A stretch of DNA of 63,992 nucleotides, filler included, from Thraustochytrium aureum (GCA_012862495.1; 5 parts of 4 records of this genome joined end to end with filler, not necessarily neighbours in it), one strand, 5' to 3'; numbered from the whole stretch's first letter, positions 10,487 to 23,571 are shown. Notes: generated by a model from the letters alone, not told the origin. Translations and numbers: made by a program.

Positions 10487-12003
10487 ATGATGGAGGATCA
10501 TCGGAGTGGCACGCAATCACAGCAGTTCCACCTCGACGCGGCTNNNNNNNNNNNNNNNNNNNNNNNNNNNNNNNNNNNNNNNNNNNNNNNNNNNNNNNNN
10601 NNNNNNNNNNNNNNNNNNNNNNNNNNNNNNNNNNNNNNNNNNNNNNNNNNNNNNNNNNNNNNNNNNNNNNNNNNNNNNNNNNNNNNNNNNNNNNNNNNNN
10701 NNNNNNNNNNNNNNNNNNNNNNNNCGTGCTCTTGTTTGCGGTTTGCGTGAGCGTGGTCTCCTTGCTCTCCGGCGTCGGGCCTGGCCTGGTGATCTGCGGA
10801 ATCCTGCTTGGGTGCATCGTGGCTCCCCTGCAAATCCTGGTTATCGTCAACCTCGCCTGGATGCGACACTGCGCACTGAACGCGGGAAACAACAGCGGCT
10901 TTGTCCAGCTGGGTCGCGTCGCCGGTTTCTACGCCGCGTTTGGCGTCGCGAGCGGGCTTGCGCTCTTGATCTCGTCCAAGTTTATCCCGGTCGCGGTCCA
11001 GACGAGACTCTCGCGCTGGAGCCTCCCGCTGCTCACTGCCGGGAGCGGCCTCGTGGACGCCGTGGTTCCCGCTTGGGTCCAAGCCAAGCTGGGCGCCCCG
11101 TTTACGTTGGTGAGTGAGCTGATCCTGATGCCAGTTTTCGTGACGCTTTTGCACGCCACCGCGCAACTCAAGTACGCCGGCGAGTGCTTTGACCGAGAAA
11201 GGTCGCCCTGGGCAGTGGGCAGTTACGAGCTGTTCGCGTCGCCGGGCGCAGCAAGCAACACGCCCGCAGCGGCAGGCGCGAGCAAGCGCAAACAGGTCGT
11301 CATCGTGCTCATCCACGGGAACCGCAGCAACGAGGCGCAGTGGCTGAGCGGCAAGTTTCTCATGCGGTCCCGGCCGTGGGCGAGCGACGTCGCCTTCCTG
11401 TCGATCAACTACTTTTCCGGCAAGGCGATGCGCGACCACACGGAAGCGACGGCGACGATCCAGGGCTGCGCCGAGATCGCATGCGCGCAACTGGAGGCCA
11501 AGCTGAAGGATCGCGGCCTCGAGCCGCAGGAAATCATTCTGATGGGCCACTCGCTCGGCGGGCTTGTTTCATGCTACATAAGCGAGTTTCTCGCCGAACA
11601 GCGGGCCCTGCCTGTCTCCCATGTTGTCTCATGGTCGGCGCCGCTCGGCGGGTCGGCGCTGTTTCTGTGGGCACAGCGCAACCTGCCTGAGCGCTTTGTG
11701 CCGGAGAAGAAGCTGATTCGCGCCGAGTTTTGCCCGACGGCGGCCTCGACGCGCGCGATGAGGGACAGCATGCGTCAGTCTGGCAGGTCCTACTTTTGCG
11801 TCTCTGGTCGCTGCGACCACCTCGTGCGCCCAGACAGCGCCTGCCCAGACTTTCTCCCGGCGGACCGCAAGGTTGTCTTGCCGTACCTTGGCCACTTTAA
11901 CATCAAGGTCAGCTTGCAGGCGTGGCGCGTGGTGATCGAGCACCTGGAGCGCGGCGGACACGTCCCGTGCGACCGCCCGTCGGTTTCTTTGCCGGCCAAG
12001 TGA
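10487..12003 (+). CDS. Alpha/beta-hydrolase (lipase/esterase-like) with N-terminal TM segments; spans an N gap
   Basis: VLIHG oxyanion region, GHSLGG nucleophile elbow, candidate triad Asp (CDHLV) and His (LGHF). The 5' end before the gap is tentative. Confidence 0.8.
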
Positions 12004-12317
12004 CCTGGATTGATTCTCTGCTGCGCTCTCAACGAGTTCATCAATCAAAACCGCACCGAGGAGTGGGCCGGGTAAAGGGGAAAAACAAGAAAGCAAAATT
12101 GGATTGAACTCGTACAAAACATCCATCAGCGTTGTCGTCGGGCGTTGCATCAGAGCAAGCCGCAGGTCTGGCCCTTGCCCGTCAGTGTGCCGCGTCCTGG
12201 CAAAAGGGCGCAGAGCAAAGATGGTGGTGACGCAGGTCTAGCGCGATACCAAGCTCGTCGGCCAGGCCGCTCGCGTCCTCGCTACCCGCCCGGAGAAAAC
12301 TATCTGCGCCCCCGCCG

Positions 12318-12822
12318 CTACCTGCAAATGCGGCTCCTGGGCGTGGGAGGCGAGTTGCCCAAGCAGGGTTCGCCCTCCTCGTCCGCCCGGAAAATAGCAA
12401 CGGTTGCGTCGTGCGGGGAGACTGCCGTTGAGTGCCGCAAGAACGCCTCGGCATTGCCCAGCCGAGGGCCGTGCCCGCGATTTCGGAGGCCAACACGAGC
12501 ACGTTTCCGCGAGCGGCGCCTGGCCAATCGAGCTCGGCACTGGCGCCCGAACGCGCTGCGAACGCGTGCACATAAGGAAACCGGTTGGCGACAAGACAGG
12601 CTCCGGCAACGGTTTCGCACACCAGGACGCCGAGCACGGGATCGACGTTGTCCCGTATTGGAAGGAAGCTCGGCGAGACCCGCTTCGCCACCGCGCAGGC
12701 CACGTCAAAGTACTCGCCCTCGCCGAGCAGCTCTGTGCGGCGCCTTCGCTGCCGTGGAGCGCACGCACCAGCGCGTCGCAGGCTGGCCGGGACCCCGCCT
12801 CGCACGCCACCACGACCTTCAT
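12318..12822 (-). CDS. Divergent RpiB/LacAB (DRT102-like) sugar-phosphate isomerase homolog, split by two frameshifts
   Basis: Joining three frames gives MKVVVACEAG...DALVRAL / EYFDVACAVAKRVS...LGVLVCETVAGACLVANRFPYVHA...GNVLVLA...LGWAM / AEAFL, which follows RpiB fold order. Confidence 0.7.
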
Positions 12823-13340
12823 CCTCGCCAGNNNNNNNNNNNNNNNNNNNNNNNNNNNNNNNNNNNNNNNNNNNNNNNNNNNNNNNNNNNNNNNNNNNNN
12901 NNNNNNNNNNNNNNNNNNNNNNNNNNNNNNNNNNNNNNNNNNNNNNNNNNNNNNNNNNNNNNNNNNNNNNNNNNNNNNNNNNNNNNNNNNNNNNNNNNNN
13001 NNNNNNNNNNNNNNNNNNNNNNNNNNNNNNNNNNNNNNNNNNNNNNNNNNNNNNNNNNNNNNNNNNNNNNNNNNNNNNNNNNNNNNNNNNNNNNNNNNNN
13101 NNNNNNNNNNNNNNNNNNNNNNNNNNNNNNNNNNNNNNNNNNNNNNNNNNNNNNNNNNNNNNNNNNNNNNNNNNNNNNNNNNNNNNNNNNNNNNNNNNNN
13201 NNNNNNNNNNNNNNNNNNNNNNNNNNNNNNNNNNNNNNNNNNNNNNNNNNNNNNNNNNNNNNNNNNNNNNNNNNNNNNNNNNNNNNNNNNNNNNNNNNNN
13301 NNNNNNNNNNNNNNNNNNNNNNNNNNGAGCGGCTGAGGAG

Positions 13341-14749
13341 ATGATGCGAGCGATGGTTGGCGGTGCAGGCGTGTCCGCGGCGGCGCGGCGCACGTGGAGC
13401 GCGCCCGCGGCGCGAGGCATGGCCTCGAGCTCTGGGCTCAAGGAGAGGCTGCAGGAGCTGATCCCCAAGGAACAGGATAAGTTCAAAAAGCTCAAGGCCG
13501 AACACGGGTCCAAGAGCCTCGGAGAGGTCACCGTGGAGCAGGCGCTCGGCGGCGCCCGCGGCGTCAAGTGCATGATTTGGGAGACGAGTCTGCTGGACGC
13601 CGAGGAGGGGATCCGGTTCCGCGGGCGGACGATCCCGGACCTGCAAAAGGAACTCCCCCCCGCCGGCGGCAAGGCCGGTGGCGAGCCCGGCCCGGAGGCC
13701 CTCCTGTGGCTCCTCCTGACCGGCGAGGCGCCCACCGCCGCACAGGCCAAGGCGCTTTCGGACGAGCTGCACGAGCGCGCGCCGCTCCCGGCCCACATCG
13801 AGCCGATGATCCGCAGCTTTCCCAAGGACATGCACGCGATGACCATGTTCTCGGCGGCCGTGACCGCGATGCAGACCGAGTCGGTGTTCTCCAAGGCGTA
13901 CGAGGGCGGCTTGCACAAGTCAAAGTACTGGGACCCGACCTACGAGGACGTGATGAACGTGGTGGCCAAGATGCCCGAGGTGGCCGCGATCATCTACCGG
14001 TACAAGTACCACGACGGCAAGGTGGCAAAGTACAACGCCTCGCTCGACTACGCGGCCAACTTCAACCGCATGCTCGGCTACGACTCGCACGACTTTGACG
14101 AGCTCATGCGCCTCTACCTCGTCATTCACTCGGACCACGAGGGCGGCAACGCCTCGGCCCACACGACCCACTTGGTCGGCTCGACGCTCAGCGACGCCTA
14201 CCTTGCGTACGGCTCGGGCCTCAACGCGCTCGCTGGCCCGCTGCACGGCCTCGCCAACCAGGAGGTGCTCAACTGGATCCTCAACCTGCAAGCCAAGTTT
14301 AACGCCGAGGGCAAGGAGGTCAACCCGGACACGATCCGCGAGTTTGCCTGGGACACCCTCAACGCCGGGCAGGTCATCCCGGGCTACGGCCACGCCGTGC
14401 TCCGCAAAACCGACCCGCGCTACACGGCGCAGCGCGAGTTTGCGCTCAAGTACATGCCCGATGACGCGCTGTTCAAGATCGTCGGCACCATCTACGAGGT
14501 CATGCCCGGCGTGCTGCTCGAGCACGGCAAGACCAAGAACCCGTACCCCAACGTCGACAGCCACTCGGGCGTCCTCCTTCAGCACTACGGCTTTACGGAG
14601 CAGTCATTCTACACTGTACTCTTCGGCGTCTCGCGCGGCATCGGCGCGCTCTCGCAGCTCTTCTGGGACCGCGCGCTCGCCTTCCCGCTCGAGCGCCCCA
14701 AGAGTCTCACCAGCGACTGGATCAACAACCACTTTAGCAACAAAAGTAA
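13341..14749 (+). CDS. CS: Citrate synthase, mitochondrial
   Basis: Transit peptide, [61 protein letters not shown]. As assembled the ORF runs to 14843; removing one A at 14742-45 gives NK-TAA at 14747. Confidence 0.97.
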
Positions 14750-15184
14750 ACCGTTCGTTTCCGCCCCCGGCCCTGTGGGCCGGCTTTCGCTCTGTTCACA
14801 ACGCGTTGCAATGGCGTGGCGCGCGGTGCTGCGCGCTCGCTAGCTAGTAGATTGCTCGACCTTCGCGCTGCCTCCCTCGGCTGGGCCAGGGCTCCGCAGG
14901 CAGGGCAAGGCTCCGCAGGCACCACAGAAATCACGGNNNNNNNNNNNNNNNNNNNNNNNNNNNNNNNNNNNNNNNNNNNNNNNNNNNNNNNNNNNNNNNN
15001 NNNNNNNNNNNNNNNNNNNNNNNNNNNNNNNNNNNNNNNNNNNNNNNNNNNNNNNNNNNNNNNNNNNNNNNNNNNNNNNNNNNNNNNNNNNNNNNNNNNN
15101 NNNNNNNNNNNNNNNNNNNNNNNNNNNNNNNNNNNNNNNNNNNNNNNNNNNNNNNNNNNNNNNNNNNNNNNNNNNNNNNNNNNN

Positions 15185-17273
15185 GCCATGTGCGAGCGAA
15201 AGTGCTCGCACAAGTCGCGGAGTTGGGCGGCGTTGCAAAACTCCGCTTCAGCGAAGAGCGCGTCCACCGTGTCCTGGCACAAGTACGCAGCCAGCTGCGC
15301 CTCGCAGAGCTGCTTGAGGTGGTCCAGCATGAACCGGTCCGAAACGGAGAGCAGCTCTGCAAGGAGTCGGATCCGCCCGTGGTCCACCTCGATCCTCCCC
15401 GCCTCGGCTTTGCTAATGACGGCCGCGGGTTCGTTGCTCCAGCCCCCCTTTCGCTTGCTGGGGCTTGTCCTGCTCAACGACCCGCTCGACTCCGATCCGA
15501 ACGAGGCACAATCGAGAGCCGCCGCCGGGGCGCGCGACTGCTCCCAGGCCTGCACAATTTCGGCATCGCGCGCGACTGCTGCGCCAGCGGCAGCAGACGA
15601 GATCTTCGCAGCGTTCCGCTTGCGCCTCGAGGGCGAGTAGCTCCCGGGAGGAGCATGGTCAGCGTCCGAGCCGAAAGAGCCAAGGCTTGGCTGCGAGGTC
15701 CCCTTCCAAGCCTCGTCCGGACCGAGCTCGGCCTCCTCCGGCGCGGGCCTCTTTGCCGGCAGGACGTCGTCCAGGTGCAGCGCTCCCGTGTAGAGATACT
15801 CCATCGTCTTGAGGAAGACGACGAAGCTCACGTCGGGGATTTCGATTTCGCGCTGCTGTGCCTCCTTGAAGCAAACCCCATCCTCGCCTACGCTGAACAT
15901 CCGATTGAACCTCTCGCTTGCAAGTGAAAGGACCAGCTTGTGCCCGTACACCCGCCGGCCTTCCACCAAGAAGGTGACGTCGGAGAACCGGTCCGCGTTG
16001 ACAAACGAGGGCAGCAACTCGCGCATGCGCTGCATCGCCGAACCGACCTCGCTCACCTTCACCGAGGGCGACTGGTCCGTGTCAAGGACGTACATGTCGC
16101 CTAGGTACTTGTCCACACAGCTCCCGCCAAAGACGACAAGCTTGCGCCCCACTAGTGTAGCCGTGTGGCCAGCGCGCCGAGAGGGCCCAATGCCCGCAAT
16201 CGTCTCGTCCGCGCGCGTCGATGTCGAGTTCGGGTTGTCGCGCAGCGCGCTACGCGCCGCCAAAGCCAGCACGCCAGCTTCGGCGGCCTCTGCCGCCGCG
16301 GCCGCAGCCGACATGGGCGCACCAGCACCTGATCCCGCGCTGCTGCTACCGACGCTGCTGCTGCGGTTGTTGCTACCGCCGCTCGGTAGAGTGCCGCGGC
16401 GCGACTTGACCGGCAAAGCCTCCGTCTCGTCGTCCTCGTCGTCGCTGCCCTCCTTGCGCTCCGTCACGAGCCAAGTGTTGGTCGCCGGGTCAAAAATCTG
16501 CACGTCGTTGAAGCAGGTCGCCTGCGGACCCGACCCGCCGAAAAGGTAAAGTTTGTCGCGTACGCAGTTGAATGACATGCCCGCGCGCGGCGACGGCGGA
16601 TGGCCGGAAACGGAAAGCGCGCTCCAGCTCAGCGTCCGCGTGTCCAGCACGTGCAGATCGTTGAGCCGCTTCGTGCCGTCCACCCCCCAAAAATGTACAG
16701 CTTGTCATCGAGCAGCGCCGAGCTGTGGTTGGCGCGCGGAGCAGGCATTGTCCCGGACACCAAGGGAGCAGTCCAGACAAACGTGTCCACGTTGAGGAGG
16801 TGCAGGTCGTTCAAGTAGCGTCTCCCATCCCCGCCGCGAAACACGAACAGCTGCCGCCTCGACTCGACATAGTCCGTTGTGTGCATGTTGCAGGCTCCCG
16901 GTATCGCATCTGCGCTGTATGCGTGCATAGCGGGGCGCACCCAGCTCATTGCGTCCAAGTTGAGCAAGATCAGGTCCGAAGCCGCCAGCGGGCCGGCGCC
17001 AAGCCACCCGCCGACGATAAAGATGCAATTGTTGGCCAGCGTCGCGGTGTGCCCGTTGCGGCCCTTCGGAGGCTCCCCGGAGACCTCGATGCGGCTCCAC
17101 TCGAGCGACTCGCAGTCGAACACGTGCACGCGGGAGTGGTTGACGCGCCCGTCGTAGCCCCCAAACACGTAAATTCGGTTACCTACAAGGGTCGCCGTGT
17201 GGTTTTTAATGCGCGGCCCGTCCGTGGAGACAAGCTCCCACGTTTTGGCCCGAGAGCCGCGTTTTGCGTCCAT
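15185..17273 (-). CDS. Kelch-repeat + BTB/POZ protein (LZTR1-like architecture); frameshift ~16685; stop falls in gap
   Basis: Six kelch repeats (HTATLV...FGG) across ORFs 16629..17273 and 14734..16683, plus BTB (SDVTFLVEG...HKLVL...F..MF, LYTG) and a back-like LKQLCE region. Confidence 0.9.
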
Positions 17274-18486
17274 CCTCCGCCTTCCCCTCCACCGGGACGG
17301 GGCGGGGGCTGCTCGCTCGCGAGCCCTCGGCCGAGGCCCGACGCCTCACCGCAGCAGCCGCGTATCTGCACGCCTCTTCGTCGCGTCCTCGTCGTCGTCG
17401 TCGTCGCGCTNNNNNNNNNNNNNNNNNNNNNNNNNNNNNNNNNNNNNNNNNNNNNNNNNNNNNNNNNNNNNNNNNNNNNNNNNNNNNNNNNNNNNNNNNN
17501 NNNNNNNNNNNNNNNNNNNNNNNNNNNNNNNNNNNNNNNNNNNNNNNNNNNNNNNNNNNNNNNNNNNNNNNNNNNNNNNNNNNNNNNNNNNNNNNNNNNN
17601 NNNNNNNNNNNNNNNNNNNNNNNNNNNNNNNNNNNNNNNNNNNNNNNNNNNNNNNNNNNNNNNNNNNNNNNNNNNNNNNNNNNNNNNNNNNNNNNNNNNN
17701 NNNNNNNNNNNNNNNNNNNNNNNNNNNNNNNNNNNNNNNNNNNNNNNNNNNNNNNNNNNNNNNNNNNNNNNGTCTGTCTCGTCAGTCAACAGCCAAAGGC
17801 TCAAAGCTCTTGTCAGGCAACTCTCGAGCGTGAAGAGTGTCGGCCAAATCGAATCCTCGCAGAGCAGCGCCCACTGATCGATCATTTGACGCGAGGCCCC
17901 GGCGCCTCGCCAGCGCAACAGCTCGACGGGGTGGCCCGGGTCGGTCGGTGCCGCACTTCGAGTTGGTAGAGGAGAGTGTGCGTGCTCTGCGCTCTCCAGG
18001 GAGTATTTGCTGAATGGTCGTTGTGTTGCTGGACGAGGCCGCCGCCGGCCTTTCTCTTGTGCGCGCTGACTTGGACGAGCAGGAGTTGGGCTGACATGTG
18101 ACGAGTTTCCCGGGCCCTCAAGAATGTGGCGACCGTGGCCTTGCTTGCCAACGACGTGGCTGGCAAGTCAAGGGCCCGCGTCTGACGCGCAGCAGCGCAC
18201 CCTGTTTGAAGCACGCGCTGCGGCCTTTCGGCAGGTCTGCGATTACTCGTTTGCTATGCGATGACGCGCTGGCCCCTGCGAGATTTGCGATGCCGCCGTG
18301 CGTTTCCGGGGAGGATTGTTGGCCAGCGTGTTGATGGAGCTCGCGTGTGCGAATTCAATGATGATGATCGCGGCGAGCTCTCTCTTCACTGCCTCATGTT
18401 GCGCCAAGGAGCTGAACGTTCGGAAGCGTCACTGCTGTTCACAGCGTCGTATACGGAAACTCTGTGCGCAGGCAACGTTCTCTTAT

Positions 18487-18800
18487 CTGCGTTACCTCTT
18501 CGGCTGCGCTATCCGACTGGTCGACGGCGCGAGGACAACAAAGTTGCTTCGGAGCAAGGAGCATCTGCGACGTCACGCGCAAGTTTTCCGAAGTACATAA
18601 ATTGAGCCTCCGCAGGGCACCCTCAACGAGGGGTAGCTTAGAACTGCGTTACCGCTTCGGTTGCGCTATCCGACTAGTCGACGGCGCGAGGACAACAAAG
18701 TTGCTTCGGAGCAAGGAGCACCGGCGACGTCACGCGCAAGTTTTCCGAAGTACGTAATTTGCGACTCCGCAGGGCCCCCTCAACGAGAGGTAGATCAGAA
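18487..18800. repeat. Tandem duplication, 157-bp unit x2
   Basis: CTGCGTTACC...GACGGCGCGAGGACAACAAAGTTGCTTCGGAGCAAGGAGCA...CCTCAACGAG starts at 18487 and 18644, with scattered substitutions. Confidence 0.92.
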
Positions 18801-19755
18801 CAGCAAACAGCAACGAGCGCCGCCGACCCCGCCGCGTGGCCGCCAACGTCGCATGCCTGGTAGTAGGTTTGAGGCCTGCACTTGCTGCACTCCCTCGACG
18901 GCCATCGAGGAGAGCGGTCGAGCTTGACCGCGCTGCGAGCACCAGCGCTGACGATGCTGAGCAGGCCTTTGACCAGAGCGAGCCATGCGCGACGGCCCGT
19001 GCCAGCGGCTCGAACGGGACGGAGAGCTCGGGGAGGTCGGCGTGGGCCACTTCCAGAGCCGTTGATGACGCTATCGCACTTGGCCGATTAGCTCTGCACC
19101 ATCAGCAGCGNNNNNNNNNNNNNNNNNNNNNNNNNNNNNNNNNNNNNNNNNNNNNNNNNNNNNNNNNNNNNNNNNNNNNNNNNNNNNNNNNNNNNNNNNN
19201 NNNNNNNNNNNNNNNNNNNNNNNNNNNNNNNNNNNNNNNNNNNNNNNNNNNNNNNNNNNNNNNNNNNNNNNNNNNNNNNNNNNNNNNNNNNNNNNNNNNN
19301 NNNNNNNNNNNNNNNNNNNNNNNNNNNNNNNNNNNNNNNNNNNNNNNNNNNNNNNNNNNNNNNNNNNNNNNNNNNNNNNNNNNNNNNNNNNNNNNNNNNN
19401 NNNNNNNNNNNNNNNNNNNNNNNNNNNNNNNNNNNNNNNNNNNNNNNNNNNNNNNNNNNNNNNNNNNNNNNNNNNNNNNNNNNNNNNNNNNNNNNNNNNN
19501 NNNNNNNNNNNNNNNNNNNNNNNNNNNNNNNNNNNNNNNNNNNNNNNNNNNNNNNNNNNNNNNNNNNNNNNNNNNNNNNNNNNNNNNNNNNNNNNNNNNN
19601 NNNNNNNNNNNNNNNNNNNNNNNNNNNNNNNNNNNNNNNNNNNNNNNNNNNNNNNNNNNNNNNNNNNNNNNNNNNNNNNNNNNNNNNNNNNNNNNNNNNN
19701 NNNNNNNNNNNNNNNNNNNNNNNNNNNNNNNNNNNNNNNNNNNNNNNNNNNNNNN

Positions 19756-20221
19756 GGCCGACGTGCACACCAAGCCTTGGCGCTCAGAGGCGTTTGGGCG
19801 AGTGCTGCACAAGTCGACGGTCCGCGACATCAACCTGTACATAGCTGGGTGCCCGCCGAGCCGCTTGTCGCGCTTTGCGCTCTTCATCTATGGCTTGAGC
19901 AAACTGGGGAGCTACGGGTGCACAGTGTGGCTCTTCACGGACGGGATGAGCGACGTCTTCCCGGTCTACACGATAATGCCGACGGGCGAGCGCCGCGCCT
20001 CGCCAGCGCTCGCCCTGCTCAAGGCTGTGCTCGAGTTTTACGTTGTGCCGGTGTTTCTGCGCACCCCAGAGACTGCTGCACGCTTGCCGTTCTTCTTGTC
20101 AACATCGCTGATAGGGCTCTGGTTTGTGGTGTCCCGCGTCGAGCGCCGCATGCGGGCCCTGCTCCTTGGCCTCCTGCCCTATTGCAAGCACCTTGAGCTG
20201 GGGACGCTAGCCAGTGAATGA
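19756..20221 (+). CDS. 3' fragment of hypothetical membrane protein
   Basis: Open hydrophobic frame from the gap to a stop at 20221; no family recognised. Confidence 0.4.
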
Positions 20222-20584
20222 GAGCACCTGGAGCTGCGAACGCTAGCCTCTGTTCTGAATGACGGATATATGGGGTAAGATGTGGGCTCGCAATCGGCAG
20301 CGGATGAAATTCGGGCAATGGCCCAGGCGGCTTGCGAGCAGTCACGCAGTCGAGCAGTTGAGCGAGGCGCGCAGGACGCGAGCAGCGCGCGCGCGTATAC
20401 CCTGCAGCGCAGAGAACCGGCCAGAGAGGCACTGGTCTGGTGCCGGCCAACCAACCTTTCTCTCGCGTCAATCGCTACGAGCTCTATCGAGTCAAGCTGC
20501 ACACCGGCTTCATACCGGCAGAGAGGTTCCCCAAAAAAAAGTTGCTTTTCTGGAGCAAGAGCTCTTCATGCACACACTCAAAGA

Positions 20585-21367
20585 TCACACGAGCAGAACG
20601 GCGTTGACGCAGCCGTCCAGCTCTGGGTGGTTGGTCACCTGGGCATACTTGCCAAAAACCACCTTGCCGGTGGTCGTCACGAGCCCAAGGTCGCTCACGT
20701 TGACCTCGATAATGGTCCCCTTGGTGAGAACGCCGAGCGCAGTGTAGGTCGTGCTCTGCGGGTTTTTCTTGACAGACATGATGTCGAGCTGGAACGTGGC
20801 TTGCAGCTCGGGGTGGGTCACGTTGGCCTTCTTCATGCGCAGGCCCGTAGGCCGGATGAAGCGCTCGTACTTGGGCGGTTTGCGCGTGAACGACTCGCCT
20901 ACAAAGGTTGCCTTTGTGACCATGCGCTTCCACATCGCCTTCTTGCGCTTGCCGGTGCGCATCGCCTTGAACATCTCGTCGTCGCTGATGGGTTTCACCT
21001 TGGGAATCGGAACGTCCCACTTGCCGGCCTTCTCCTTGCGCTTCTGCTTGACGCTGTTCGAGAGCACCTTGGCCCGCGTCGTGGCCTCACGGTCCAGCAA
21101 GTACGCCGGCATAGCGCCCTTCTCGACCTCCTCCTCCTTGGCATGTTTGTTGTTGCGCTGGTCGTGCATCGCGATCGTCTTGCGCATCGTCGCCTTCTCC
21201 TTGAACCTCTTCTGGTTGTACAGCTTGGCCTTCAGCCCATGCACCTTTTGGGCATATTGTGACCTGCGGTGCACTTCGCGCGCATCCCGCTTGCGCTCGC
21301 GCTCCTCCGCATCGAAGCGCCGCCCGTGCCGCTTCTTGTGCAGCTCCATGTGCTCATTTTGCGGCAT
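20585..21367 (-). CDS. NSA2: Ribosome biogenesis protein NSA2
   Basis: [70 protein letters not shown]; 260 aa. Confidence 0.98.
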   Translation of the reverse strand: MPQNEHMELHKKRHGRRFDAEERERKRDAREVHRRSQYAQKVHGLKAKLYNQKRFKEKATMRKTIAMHDQRNNKHAKEEEVEKGAMPAYLLDREATTRAKVLSNSVKQKRKEKAGKWDVPIPKVKPISDDEMFKAMRTGKRKKAMWKRMVTKATFVGESFTRKPPKYERFIRPTGLRMKKANVTHPELQATFQLDIMSVKKNPQSTTYTALGVLTKGTIIEVNVSDLGLVTTTGKVVFGKYAQVTNHPELDGCVNAVLLV

Positions 21368-21929
21368 CCTGCCGTTCGCCGGGCCCGCCCTGCGCCCTCC
21401 GGCCCTCCGCTGTCGTGCAACTCTACTTGCGCGCGCGCGCGCGCTGTCTATCCACGCAAGGCAGCCTCGCACGCAGGCACTACAGCCCCCGACCTTCGCG
21501 CTCTGCACCCTGACCGCCTCTCCACCGGTGCGCGACTGGTGGGCCTCCCGCACGCACTGCACCTCGCGCTCTTCCTCCCGCTCGCTGCTCACCAACCAAA
21601 GCAGCGCGCTCCCACCACCAGAGTCCAATCATATCTGCCTCGCAATACCCTCTACAGGACAACCGTCTCCCAGGACGGTGCCCACACCCGTTTACCTCGT
21701 GAAACCCTCAAGCGGAAAGCAGTCGAGTGACAGTGTCCTGCCCGCATTCCCTCGCATAATCCTCGAGAGGGAGCGGGAAGAACAAATCTCGTTCCTCAGC
21801 CGATGGGACGCAAACGAAAGAGTCGTGTTTTTTGGTTGATTTTGATTGAACAACGCGCGGTGCTTTGGCGCCCGCCGGGCTGGCAGAGCGGGCTCGGCGC
21901 TCGCTGGGAGAGCAGGGCTGGCCGCGGCG

Positions 21930-23571
21930 ATGCAGGCTGGAAGGGGGTTGAGACGGTGCGCGGCGGCTGTGGTCCTCGCCGGGCTGGGCGTGGTCCTGGG
22001 CTCCGGCGAAGCGGCCGGGGCTGCGACGCCCGGGGCTGCCTCGACCTGCTGCGGCGCGGCGGTCGTGGCGGAGTGCAAGTATGGGCAGCGAGACGGCGAC
22101 ACGCGGAGGATGGATGCGCGNNNNNNNNNNNNNNNNNNNNNNNNNNNNNNNNNNNNNNNNNNNNNNNNNNNNNNNNNNNNNNNNNNNNNNNNNNNNNNNN
22201 NNNNNNNNNNNNNNNNNNNNNNNNNNNNNNNNNNNNNNNNNNNNNNNNNNNNNNNNNNNNNNNNNNNNNNNNNNNNNNNNNNNNNNNNNNNNNNNNNNNN
22301 NNNNNNNNNNNNNNNNNNNNNNNNNNNNNNNNNNNNNNNNNNNNNNNNNNNNNNNNNNNNNNNNNNNNNNNNNNNNNNNNNNNNNNNNNNNNNNNNNNNN
22401 NNNNNNNNNNNNNNNNNNNNNNNNNNNNNNNNNNNNNNNNNNNNNNNNNNNNNNNNNNNNNNNNNNNNNNNNNNNNNNNNNNNNNNNNNNNNNNNNNNNN
22501 NNNNNNNNNNNNNNNNNNNNNNNNNNNNNNNNNNNNNNNNNNNNNNNNNNNNNNNNNNNNNNNNNNNNNNNNNNNNNNNNNNNNNNNNNNNNNNNNNNNN
22601 NNNNNNNNNNNNNNNNNNNNNNNNNNNNNNNNNNNNNNNNNNNNNNNNNNNNNNNNNNNNNNNNNNNNNNNNNNNNNNNNNNGCTTGCACGCTCGCTCCG
22701 CCTTTTCGGCGGCGCGCTCAACGCGGCGACCCTCGTTGCCGTTGCGCTGGACGGCGTCCCGGAGTTCGCAATTGAGGCGCTCGCTGCGCTTGGCGCCGTG
22801 ATCCGCCGCGCAGAGCCTTTGAATACCTCCGTCCCTGGGGCCACCCCGCACTGCAACAAGCTGCGCGCCTTCGAGGTCCCAGAAGCGCGCGACACCGAGG
22901 CGTTTGACCGGATCGTCTACCTTGATACTGACATCTTCGTCACTGGAGACGCGTGGCCTCTCGTTCAGGCTGGGGACGAGCGCGTGATGTTGCGCTCTGG
23001 CGAGGTGGCGTGGGGAGAGACTGTTTTCACTGACCCTGTTTGGCCCTCGCTCAGCCGGTTGGCCGGATTCGGTGACGGCTCGAGTCTTCGACGCTATGTC
23101 GGCTGGCCCAACACGGGCGTGTTGGTGGTTCCCACCGCTTTGGCAGTAGACCTGCACGCCTCTTGGCTCGGGTTCGTCGACAAGATGTCATTTTGGCTCC
23201 GCAGTTATTTCGACACCGGCGACGCGGAGCTCTACTTTGTTGACACACTCGCCCTCATGTTTGCCCTCGGCTCCATATCGCGCGCGAGCGCAACTGGGGC
23301 GGCGGACGCCTGCTGCCTTCACCTCTCGGTCCACGCCAATGCGCAGCTCAACTGGCCGCTCGCGGACTTGCGCCGCGCTGGCTACCTTGCCGCGCTAGAA
23401 CTGGTTCCTCCAGCTTTCGTCCAGCACAACCAGGGCACGATGACGATCATGCCTGACGGTACCCTGCGGCCCTTTCTGGATTCGCAAGTTGCCTCGTTCC
23501 CCTTCCTCGCTGCTGTGAACGTGCGCATCGCCGAGTTCAACGCCGCACTCCAACAAAATTCAATGCCATAG
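21930..23571 (+). CDS. Secreted/Golgi GT-A fold glycosyltransferase-like protein (GT8-like); spans an N gap
   Basis: Signal-like N-terminus before the gap; after it NKL.AF, DRIVYLDTDIFV (DxD) and PNTGVLVV. Confidence 0.65.

Noticed and set aside
18487..18800. Tandem repeats here and at 10093, 30848 and 50073 as CRISPR-like arrays
   Set aside because: Only two copies each, no unique spacers, no cas genes, and a eukaryotic context.
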